Shown here: in pieces, positions 50,378 to 58,451 of the stretch
How the letters are laid out: the number at the start of each line of letters is the position of its first letter
Numbering within the stretch: position 1 is the stretch's first letter
NCBI GenBank assembly: GCA_003963225.1
Contig: RXKB01000001.1
Coordinates: 105,957-169,956, forward strand
DNA length: 64,000 bases
From: Candidatus Babelota bacterium
Lineage (GTDB): Bacteria; Babelota; Babeliae; Babelales; Vermiphilaceae
Reading direction: 5' to 3'
Position numbers and translations under genes: made by a program
Notes under the pieces: model-generated
The model's database searches: none
What the model was told of the DNA's origin: nothing
What the model saw: only the letters and a program-made list of their open reading frames with translations

Positions 50378-51490
50378 TTATCGACCTTGAGCCAAGAACT
50401 TTCTTGCCTCTTCGATCGAATATCCACCACTGGCCGGAGCAGCCGCCATAGGATTACTGAGTGAAGGCGCAGTCACTTGAGGAACAGGCGCTTCCACGGG
50501 TGCCGAGATCGGCATGGATGGGACTACCGCTTTCGGAATCGATCCACCAACAATCGGCATAGGTTGAGCCACAGCCGTCGGCAAGCCGGCAGAAGGGTTC
50601 AATCCAGTACCTGGAATGTTCGCGGTGGGAATTCCGGCAGTCGGGATGCCGACCGAAGGAACCGGCACGGCGCTGGCAGACGGCAGAGCGACACCGGAGA
50701 CGGCCGAAGCCGCGCCAATGACGTGTCCGTTCGGAAGCTGATAACCCTGCATGCAGCGGTTAAAGATTTCCGTCGGAACGAAGCTCTGGAGCTTGTCCAG
50801 CAGGTAGTCGATTTCCGGATAGTGCACAACCTCGTCCAGGTTGTACAGGAAGCTGGCGTCGGCCAGTTCGACCGGCAGCTTGTAGGTCTTGGAGGCCTCA
50901 GGCGTTACGACCCAAGGTTGTCCGACCGCGTCCTTCTTCAACTGAATGAAGACGGGGATTGCCGCCTCAGGGTTGTTCAGAAGCGGAGCCTCCGAACCGT
51001 CCGGCATACGGCGACGATGCCAGGCCTCGATGTGCTCGCCTCCACCGAATTGGGGAAGGGTCAGCACGTGTGCACCCAATTGAAGGGCGCTCATGTAGGC
51101 AACGTTGAAGAGCACCTTGTTGGTCAGACGACCAAATGGTGGGTACCGCTTCACAGTACGCCCGGCTTGCTGGATCTGCTCAACCTTCGCGTAGTCAGGG
51201 TAGAATTGCTTCACCCGACCGGAGAAGTAAGCGATAGGGCAACGCTGAGGAACCGCGAAGGTTTCCTTCACGTCGATGCCGAAGTTGTCACGGATGGATA
51301 CAACCTTCCATGATACACCGCGCCCCATGGCGTCGGCCTTGTATGGGGGGAGGATGAAGAAGAAGTTGCCTTCTTTGTTCTTATCTTCGCGGAAGTTCAC
51401 GGTGCGGACACCGTCCTTGATGACTTTGCCGAAGACGTTAGTAGAGAGGTCGCTGCCGTCAAATGAGCGACTAGGTGCGATTACAGCCAT
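50378..51490 (-). CDS. hypothetical protein, possibly a gp32-like ssDNA-binding protein
   Basis: 370 aa with a low-complexity Pro/Ala/Gly C-terminal region. It sits next to the RecA-like gene. The function is a guess. Confidence 0.7.
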   Translation of the reverse strand: MAVIAPSRSFDGSDLSTNVFGKVIKDGVRTVNFREDKNKEGNFFFILPPYKADAMGRGVSWKVVSIRDNFGIDVKETFAVPQRCPIAYFSGRVKQFYPDYAKVEQIQQAGRTVKRYPPFGRLTNKVLFNVAYMSALQLGAHVLTLPQFGGGEHIEAWHRRRMPDGSEAPLLNNPEAAIPVFIQLKKDAVGQPWVVTPEASKTYKLPVELADASFLYNLDEVVHYPEIDYLLDKLQSFVPTEIFNRCMQGYQLPNGHVIGAASAVSGVALPSASAVPVPSVGIPTAGIPTANIPGTGLNPSAGLPTAVAQPMPIVGGSIPKAVVPSMPISAPVEAPVPQVTAPSLSNPMAAAPASGGYSIEEARKFLAQGR

Positions 51491-51589
51491 ATTAGTTTTT
51501 TGAGGTTATGAGTTTCTTCACTTACTATTGGACTACCCCGGCCGAAACCGGGGAAAGCTTAAAATTGCTAGGCCACTATTTGCACACCA

Positions 51590-52213
51590 TCAGACGACCA
51601 GCATGATCTGGTCTGTAGTATCGACGCCACGGATATGGTTCAGGAAAGTCTGGGCCATCATGCTTGCCACAATGACAGGCGTGATATGTGAGACCTTCTT
51701 TTCCTTGTCCACAGCAAGCAGACAGCCTCGGCGCTCGTCGGAGTCAGACAGACTCTTTCGCAGTACCTTTTCTCCGACCTTCGAATTGAAGAGGCCGATA
51801 TTCCGGCTGCTGCAGCGACCGTCCACCCAGTAAAATTCAGGGCGGCTGAAGCCGTAGTTGTAGAGTTCCCTGCGGAACGTCATACTGTCGACACACGAGA
51901 ACACGACGTCGTAGTTCGGAAAGTCCGCTGTCGTCATGAACCGGAGTTCCGGCTTGATGACACGTGCAGTGCGTTCCGACACGATTTCAGCCTTCGGGCG
52001 GCCGATGTCGTCCTCGGTGAAATTCTGATGCAGCAGGTTGGTGTGGTCTACAGTGTCGTCATCGAACAAAGTCCACTTCCATTTGGCGAAAGGGAACTGA
52101 GCCCGATTGACTCCGAGATCATACAGGAAACCTGCGAGATAGGCGCCGATGCCACCGGCACCTGCAATAGCGACGTTCTTGATGCGACTTGCGACTTCAG
52201 ATTCAGTATTCAT
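51590..52213 (-). CDS. ThiF/MoeB/E1-like adenylyltransferase
   Basis: VAIAGAGGIGAYLAGFLYDLGV ... LFDDDTVDHTNLLHQNF ... DIGRPKAE is the Rossmann/arginine-finger region of E1-like enzymes. Confidence 0.8.
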   Translation of the reverse strand: MNTESEVASRIKNVAIAGAGGIGAYLAGFLYDLGVNRAQFPFAKWKWTLFDDDTVDHTNLLHQNFTEDDIGRPKAEIVSERTARVIKPELRFMTTADFPNYDVVFSCVDSMTFRRELYNYGFSRPEFYWVDGRCSSRNIGLFNSKVGEKVLRKSLSDSDERRGCLLAVDKEKKVSHITPVIVASMMAQTFLNHIRGVDTTDQIMLVV

Positions 52214-52232
52214 TCAAACAAAACAAGATAGG

Positions 52233-52706
52233 TTATTCAACGAGACCAGTAAGGTCGATCTCATTTACCCGCCAAATCGTGTAGTCGTCATTGGCGCTTA
52301 GGAAAGTGTACTTCTTCAATTCGCGCAATGAAGGCGACCAGATGAAGTTGACGGGCTGCCCATTGAACAGCCGTGTAAGATCGGTGAAGCTCGGACGTGC
52401 CGGAAAATTCGTCGGATGCGTATGGAAGCTGCCATAGTTCTTGAAGCCTTGGCTGTAAGAACCGATGACCTTGTCCCCATACTCCTGACGCTCAGGCTCA
52501 TACAAGCCGACAGCAGTAGGAGTGCCGGTATGTGAATTGGTGATACGATGGAACTGGTATTCATCATCCTTGCGAACGATAAACCCACCTTCCTCTTCGT
52601 CTGCGCCAAGACACGTACTGACCGCCAACTTGAGAGCCGCGTGAAGCGAATCTCCCAAGTCGGCGGCCGTAAGCGGCCCTTCTACTTTGAGGGCGTATTT
52701 CATCAT
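52233..52706 (-). CDS. JAB/MPN (JAMM) metallopeptidase
   Basis: EEEGGFIV ... HTHPTNFPARPSFTD is a complete E ... HxH ... S..D JAMM motif. Confidence 0.85.
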   Translation of the reverse strand: MMKYALKVEGPLTAADLGDSLHAALKLAVSTCLGADEEEGGFIVRKDDEYQFHRITNSHTGTPTAVGLYEPERQEYGDKVIGSYSQGFKNYGSFHTHPTNFPARPSFTDLTRLFNGQPVNFIWSPSLRELKKYTFLSANDDYTIWRVNEIDLTGLVE

Positions 52707-54709
52707 CGTGCGGCAGCTTGTGCAGCTTGTGCTCCTTCACGAACGTGGTCGCGAAGGGTGGTGATGCGATCAACAACGAACGTATCGTTCCTCAAAGCCA
52801 ACAGACGGGCGACCAGAGCGTCGTATCCGACACCCATTTCGCCACGACCATCGACGATGCAGACGTACTGATCGGTGCCGGCCTTCCAGACACGGAACTG
52901 GCCTTCTTTCTCGACGCGATAACGCTGACCGCTGTTACCGGTGATTTCGTAGGCGGTGAGGCCTTTGTAGTTGATCTCCTGCGCGCCAGTTTCCTTGACG
53001 ACAGAGGCCAACAGCTGAGCCGACTTCTTCTCGGCTTCAGTGCGTGCTTCGAGCAACAATTCGACCAGAGGCTCAAGCTCTGCCTCGGTGACGAGAGGAA
53101 CGTCCTTGTCGTCGACTGCGTGTTCACGGATGATCCGCTTCAGCTTCCACTTGCACCAGTCGGTGTTGCGGTAATTGAAACCAGAATCGTCATGAACGTA
53201 ACCGTTGTTGGTTTGACTGTTCAGCTTCTTGAGCTTGTCCAGCAAACCGACAAACCGGCGGAGCGGCACGCGACGAGTCTTTTCCTTGTCGATCCACAGG
53301 AAGTATTTTCCACCTTCCGTGATGAACTGGATCTTCGGGTGTTTCATCGTCACGTCCTGATGGTAACCAGCACGTGCAGGCAGCCAGATCTTGATCGGCA
53401 CACCATTGGCGATGGCATCGTGCACCCGCAGGGATGCCTTCTCGATCTGCCGCAGGAAGCTGTTGTATGAGGCCGCATCCGTGTAGCAAGTCGCACGACG
53501 CAACACCCGTGGGAGTTCATCGTTGTTGATGAGGTGTCCATTCACGCGGCGGCGAGTATTCGTGGTACTCAGCGACAATGTGATAGGAATGTTGTTGATG
53601 TGGAAGGTCCACTGCTTGGCTTCGGCAAAGCCTTGGCCTGAAGCATTCAACGGCACGCGAGCCGCCTCTTCGAGGATGGATGCGATGAACGCGTCGACAA
53701 GCTGGTAGATGTCGAACACACCGTTCGGATCCAACTTATGGAGGATGACGTCGGTAAGTCCAGGAGTCTCGATGCTGATGGTTTCATACACCGCACGATT
53801 CTCAGACATCTTGATGTTGTTCAGCGTGACTTCACGGATCTCTCCGCGCTGGAATTTGGTCACGATGACATTCTGGGCGTTCGTGTCGAAGTCGGCACGA
53901 ATTGTCTGCTTGAGCTGGGCATAGGCCTGGGCATACTTCTCAGGCACTTCACGTTCAGCAGCCAGGAGGATGCGCTGTAGGTCGGCCGAAACCTGCGCTG
54001 GCAGGAACACCTCATTACGCAGAAGCGGCTTGAGGCGATCCGCAGCAATGGCGTACAAGGCCGCGAAGTAATAGACGTTCAGGCTGAGCTGATTCGCCAC
54101 GAAGATCGACGGATCTTCACCAGACTTGGACACGAAGAACACGATGTGTCCACGATCCATGTAGTTGTAGAGAGGACTGTCAGTGCTGACAGCGAAATAC
54201 ATGTCGCTCTTGACCGAAGCGTCGCGAACAAAGCCGTCGCCGTGAGTCACCAGCGCCTGGCCGGTCATGACACGAAAGGTCTTGCCGTGCGACGTGATCT
54301 CACGAGGAGCAACCGTAATGAGGACAGGGATGACGATACCGAAACCGGCCTTGGAGAAATGGCCGCAGGTATCGTAGAAATACTTGATCGGGCTCTGAAG
54401 GATCGAGGTGTGCTCCTTGTTTACTTGCACGAAGCCGTTGCGATCTTGGCCCAGAGACTGGATGAACGGAGACTGCTGGCAGGCAGCAGACATCATCCGG
54501 CCCGGCAGATACCACTGACACGTTTCGCAAACAAGAGCCAGCGAATTGATGTCATTGATGTTCCCGAACTTGGGAACGAGGTGCCACTCTTGGTTTGGTC
54601 CAGACCAGAAGTTCTCGGGTTCCACCTCAATGGTGACACCGGTGGCTTCTTTCTGGATATGAGCGAACTTGCGAATTGCGGTCGAGATAGTCTTTAGAGG
54701 AATAGGCAT
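52703..54709 (-). CDS. large protein of unknown function (668 aa), translationally coupled to JAB
   Basis: The ATG at 54709 is preferred over the TTG at 54727. The stop makes an ATGA junction with the JAB start. No motif was recognised. Confidence 0.8.
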   Translation of the reverse strand: MPIPLKTISTAIRKFAHIQKEATGVTIEVEPENFWSGPNQEWHLVPKFGNINDINSLALVCETCQWYLPGRMMSAACQQSPFIQSLGQDRNGFVQVNKEHTSILQSPIKYFYDTCGHFSKAGFGIVIPVLITVAPREITSHGKTFRVMTGQALVTHGDGFVRDASVKSDMYFAVSTDSPLYNYMDRGHIVFFVSKSGEDPSIFVANQLSLNVYYFAALYAIAADRLKPLLRNEVFLPAQVSADLQRILLAAEREVPEKYAQAYAQLKQTIRADFDTNAQNVIVTKFQRGEIREVTLNNIKMSENRAVYETISIETPGLTDVILHKLDPNGVFDIYQLVDAFIASILEEAARVPLNASGQGFAEAKQWTFHINNIPITLSLSTTNTRRRVNGHLINNDELPRVLRRATCYTDAASYNSFLRQIEKASLRVHDAIANGVPIKIWLPARAGYHQDVTMKHPKIQFITEGGKYFLWIDKEKTRRVPLRRFVGLLDKLKKLNSQTNNGYVHDDSGFNYRNTDWCKWKLKRIIREHAVDDKDVPLVTEAELEPLVELLLEARTEAEKKSAQLLASVVKETGAQEINYKGLTAYEITGNSGQRYRVEKEGQFRVWKAGTDQYVCIVDGRGEMGVGYDALVARLLALRNDTFVVDRITTLRDHVREGAQAAQAAAR

Positions 54710-54738
54710 AGAGCAAGAAACAGACAAAAGTTGAATGA

Positions 54739-54762
54739 GGGGAGGAGTAGAAACTCCTCCCC
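54739..54762 (-). terminator. hairpin between the di-Ubl gene and the 668-aa gene (weak U-tract)
   Basis: Minus strand: GGGGAGGAGT-TTCT-ACTCCTCCCC. Confidence 0.45.
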
Positions 54763-54784
54763 GTTACAAGGAATCAGGAAGCGA

Positions 54785-55345
54785 TTACTGAACGCCACCG
54801 GCGAGGTCGCCAGTGAGGGTAATCGTGACAGGTCCATTCTCGGCAGTGTCCTGCACGAGATTGAACAGACGCTGAGTTTCAGCGACGAAACCAGCGGGGT
54901 CGTTCAGCGCGTCCTCGTCGAACTGGAACACCTGAGAGTTCACATACGCCCACTTCTTGTTCTTGAGGTGTGCGTCGATGACCTTGGCGATGCCAGAGGC
55001 GAGTTCCTCCGTGCTCTCGGTATGACCGGAGGCATCAGTGATGCGGAGGGTGAAGGTCTTCGGAGCGTCGGCTCCACCAGCGAGATCGCCGGTGAGAGTC
55101 ACAACAATATCCTCGTCGGAGGACTCGATCATCTCACGGAGACGAGCGGCGTCCTGGAGGATCTGAGGATCCTCGGCAGAGGTAGCATTGAACTGGAAGA
55201 CTCGGGAGCCAACGTAGGCCCACTTCTTGTTCTTCAGATGCGCGTCGAGAACAGTCTGGATCGCGGTTGCGAGATCCTGTTCCAGGTCGGTGTGACCGGA
55301 CGCGTCAGTGATGCGGAGATGAACGAGGCGAGTAGAGGTAGCCAT
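54785..55345 (-). CDS. tandem di-ubiquitin-like precursor (two repeats of about 90 aa, each ending LTGDLAGG)
   Basis: Trimmed to MATSTRLVHL. Repeat 1 covers aa 1-91 and repeat 2 covers aa 99-184, followed by VQ. Confidence 0.65.
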   Translation of the reverse strand: MATSTRLVHLRITDASGHTDLEQDLATAIQTVLDAHLKNKKWAYVGSRVFQFNATSAEDPQILQDAARLREMIESSDEDIVVTLTGDLAGGADAPKTFTLRITDASGHTESTEELASGIAKVIDAHLKNKKWAYVNSQVFQFDEDALNDPAGFVAETQRLFNLVQDTAENGPVTITLTGDLAGGVQ

Positions 55346-55448
55346 ATATTTGATGATTTTTTCGGACACAAACAATCGACAATGAAAACAAAAATGTGCG
55401 GTTCTTACCGCTGTTTCCATTGTAGCAAATGGGGGCAAAACTGCAAGC

Positions 55449-56201
55449 TCAATGAACAGGAAACTGAATGTTTCTGAGCCGAATTTTGTCGTTGTAAGTC
55501 ATACATAGTCTGCACTTTGCACAAGCTCCTTGCGAACTGTCGTTCTTGAGCTTTCCAGAGACTTCCGGGCAAACGACCCATCGTTCTCCAGCTGGCTGAG
55601 TGCCTATGTTTCCCATGTAACAGATTCCTACATTCGGATGACCAAGGTGGCAGATGTCGTAGACCGCTTTGGCCTCCGCATAATTCACCGGGTCAGATGA
55701 AATGTAGATGGACAAATTCGGGCAATCCATCAGCAGAGGTATTGCCCAAAGACTTCTCGTGTATGTCCAGAACTGTACGTTGGGGTATTTAAGAATCGTC
55801 GCGGCCCATGCTCTGGCGTAGTCCTCCGAAAAGAAATCGCCTGATGTATGTAACCGGAAATACAGGTTGTTGCCCTTGTTATGCTTCACGAAGGCAGCAA
55901 CTGTTTCTGTGAGGACTACTTCCATCTCGGCTTGAGTTTTGCCGCGGAGTAGTTCGGTATTTCGTTGGAGGACCTTTCCAAAATTTGGGTAAGCCTTAAC
56001 CAGTTTATCTACGTAGCAAGTAGCGTTTACGCCACCCACACGTTTCAGGCTGAGACACCCACCTGCGCCAGACGTGGAACCAGGACAGGTACCACCGTTT
56101 TCTGGGCGACCGTGAAGCAATCCGAACGTGTTGTAATGGCCGGATTTGAACTTAACTTTGGAATTGTCAGTAAGCTTTAGCGTCGTTGTCGTTTCTGTCA
56201 T
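55449..56201 (-). CDS. Cys-rich protein, GP88-like (TCPG ... C ... CY motif)
   Basis: Trimmed to the ATG (MTETTTT). Contains GTCPGSTSGAGGC ... ATCYV and GACAKCRLC. Confidence 0.6.
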   Translation of the reverse strand: MTETTTTLKLTDNSKVKFKSGHYNTFGLLHGRPENGGTCPGSTSGAGGCLSLKRVGGVNATCYVDKLVKAYPNFGKVLQRNTELLRGKTQAEMEVVLTETVAAFVKHNKGNNLYFRLHTSGDFFSEDYARAWAATILKYPNVQFWTYTRSLWAIPLLMDCPNLSIYISSDPVNYAEAKAVYDICHLGHPNVGICYMGNIGTQPAGERWVVCPEVSGKLKNDSSQGACAKCRLCMTYNDKIRLRNIQFPVH

Positions 56202-56280
56202 TGTTTGCTGTTGCGTTGAGCGGACTCTTTGCAAAAACAAAACAAGATAGATCAAGACAAGATACGATAATCAGAAGTCA

Positions 56281-56324
56281 GACAAAACAAGATAGAAAGG
56301 CGTGCCAGGGGTTACCTGGCACGC
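56281..56324 (-). terminator. rho-independent terminator
   Basis: Minus strand: GCGTGCCAGG-TAACC-CCTGGCACGC followed by CTTTCTATCTTGTTTTG. Confidence 0.65.
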
Positions 56325-56337
56325 ATGAACAAATTGC

Positions 56338-57420
56338 TTAACAGGCCTCTACGGGCATGTTCGGTTGCTCGGTTGCTCCTTCGATACGGGCAACACGAGC
56401 TGCCACTCGGCTCAGGTATTGTTTGACCTGATAACGGAATGGAGGAGTAAGATTGGTCATGTTGTCCAATACTGGACCAGCCGTAGCAGCAGTGCGTCCA
56501 CGGGCCAACAGGGAGGTTCCAAGAACCGATGCAGCCAAACTGAGACGGCGTTTGATGCCGTTGAAGATACGCTCGATCGCCTGAACCGAGGTGAGTGTTG
56601 TCGAAGGCGAGCGTAGACCTGCGACAGCCTTGTTCAACCGTAGAGTTGCCTCACCAACGAACACACCAATTGGCGACGCGTTGGGGTTGAGGATACGATT
56701 GATATACCCGTCATTGACGAGAATCCGGGACGAGCCTGCCCAGGTCAACCCAACCTGCGCAACGAGTTCCAGTGCTTCCGCAAAAGCTTCGGCAGTGGAG
56801 AACCGAATGGCGCCAAAGTCACAATACGCCAGGCCAGCAAGCTGCTGAATGGTGGTGACGCCGTAACTGCGCAGGCTGTTAAGGAGCAGCCGTGCAGTGA
56901 GGTGAGGGTATTTCTTGCCGTCAACAGCTTCCAGCAAGGTAGCGCCGGTGTAATCTCGGTCTGTTCCGGGATGGTCCTCGGCGTTGACACCACCAGTACT
57001 GACAACAGCGGCGTTGATCGCGTCAGCCAGCTGTTTGATCTTCTCGGGATCGAGGTTGGCTTGCAATACACCTGAAGTCAACCGATGCGTTACAGTTGCC
57101 AAGCTGGCGGCCAGGACACCGAAGTTAATGGCTTCTGGTGTCTGGGTAACCGTAATCTCGACAGCAGGCTTTGCCGGTTGCTGAGGCTGCTCGACGGGTT
57201 GCTCGGCTGCCTTGGCTGCCGCACGACGAGACTGTTCAGCAAGCAAACCGTTCAGCACGTTAACCGGGACTGGAGATCCGTTCTCCTGCTCGCGCTGAAG
57301 TTTCTTGATTGCGTTGTCAAGGTGGTGTTGTTCCATTTCATGAATGGGAACATAGGTGCCTTTGGAGGCACTGTAGTATTGAGGTGTCGTAGTGACGATT
57401 GGAATGAAGGTTTCTGGCAT
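56338..57420 (-). CDS. hypothetical protein with a helix-hairpin-helix-like segment
   Basis: 360 aa. LLLNSLRSYGVTTIQQLAGL resembles an alpha-CTD-type HhH. Confidence 0.7.
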   Translation of the reverse strand: MPETFIPIVTTTPQYYSASKGTYVPIHEMEQHHLDNAIKKLQREQENGSPVPVNVLNGLLAEQSRRAAAKAAEQPVEQPQQPAKPAVEITVTQTPEAINFGVLAASLATVTHRLTSGVLQANLDPEKIKQLADAINAAVVSTGGVNAEDHPGTDRDYTGATLLEAVDGKKYPHLTARLLLNSLRSYGVTTIQQLAGLAYCDFGAIRFSTAEAFAEALELVAQVGLTWAGSSRILVNDGYINRILNPNASPIGVFVGEATLRLNKAVAGLRSPSTTLTSVQAIERIFNGIKRRLSLAASVLGTSLLARGRTAATAGPVLDNMTNLTPPFRYQVKQYLSRVAARVARIEGATEQPNMPVEAC

Positions 57421-57455
57421 AAGTGAAGTGAGTCGGTTTCCACCGGCTATTTGAA

Positions 57456-58421
57456 TTAAGATTGGGGAACGACTTCCTGCTCGATGGTGCCGATTACCGT
57501 AGTTGTATCCACGTTGATCATACGGCCATGGTTGAGATGTTGAATGGAGCCTTGAACAAGCGCAGACTCAAGGAGGTTAACCCGGGCAATACCAGCCGGA
57601 GTGCACAATACTGCGCAGTATTTGATCAGCGCAGCTTCGGTAGTAATCTTCGACAGATCGTGTCGAATGACATAGGGGATATCGAAAAACTCACGTCCTG
57701 AAGCAAGCCACGGCGCAAGCGCAGTGAGTAACATTTTTTCAAGACTCTCCAAGGTATATTTCTCTGGGCGCACTTCCATGATGGCCCTGGTGGGAGCAGG
57801 AGAGTTGCTTTGATGGTTGCTGCGCCGGCTTGTACGATTGCCGGTACGACCGGCCTTGATACGTTCAACCCCAGGAACAACAGAGAGGTCAAGACCGTTA
57901 CGGATGCAATAGATCATTGGGTTCGTACCATAAGAACCCTCCTGCCCAACCAGGCATGGGAAGAACGGAGCCTTTTTAGGAGCCATCAGACCTCCCAGGA
58001 AATAGCCGTTGATGTCAGCAAAACCAGAGGCTGAAGGGTAGCGAGGAAGTACGACTTGACCTGCAAGCCGGACTGCCGGGATTTCTTGCTTGGTGAACTG
58101 ATCGGCTACGAAAACATTCGTAGGTCCGCGGTAATCCTCACCAGGGTCAAATCCTGGAGATACGACATAGTCCGCCAACGAGGCGACATTACTGACACAG
58201 GAAGAAGCAGAGAAAGAAAAAACAGAGGACATAGGTTTTTGTTCGTTGTATTTTACGTATGCGAGATGGTCTAGTCGGTTAAAATAGCCAGGGAGATATT
58301 GATAGATGTACTCCCTACGATAGGAAAAATCCAGTGGCTCAGCTGTCGCCATCAGATCTTCCTGATCGTAGGGAAGTTCAGACATCTGATCATCTTCAAC
58401 ATCGTTGTACAAATCAGACAT
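57456..58421 (-). CDS. hypothetical protein (321 aa)
   Basis: ORF only. Confidence 0.7.
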   Translation of the reverse strand: MSDLYNDVEDDQMSELPYDQEDLMATAEPLDFSYRREYIYQYLPGYFNRLDHLAYVKYNEQKPMSSVFSFSASSCVSNVASLADYVVSPGFDPGEDYRGPTNVFVADQFTKQEIPAVRLAGQVVLPRYPSASGFADINGYFLGGLMAPKKAPFFPCLVGQEGSYGTNPMIYCIRNGLDLSVVPGVERIKAGRTGNRTSRRSNHQSNSPAPTRAIMEVRPEKYTLESLEKMLLTALAPWLASGREFFDIPYVIRHDLSKITTEAALIKYCAVLCTPAGIARVNLLESALVQGSIQHLNHGRMINVDTTTVIGTIEQEVVPQS

Positions 58422-58451
58422 GAAACAAGATAGATGATGAAAGAAGGTGCC

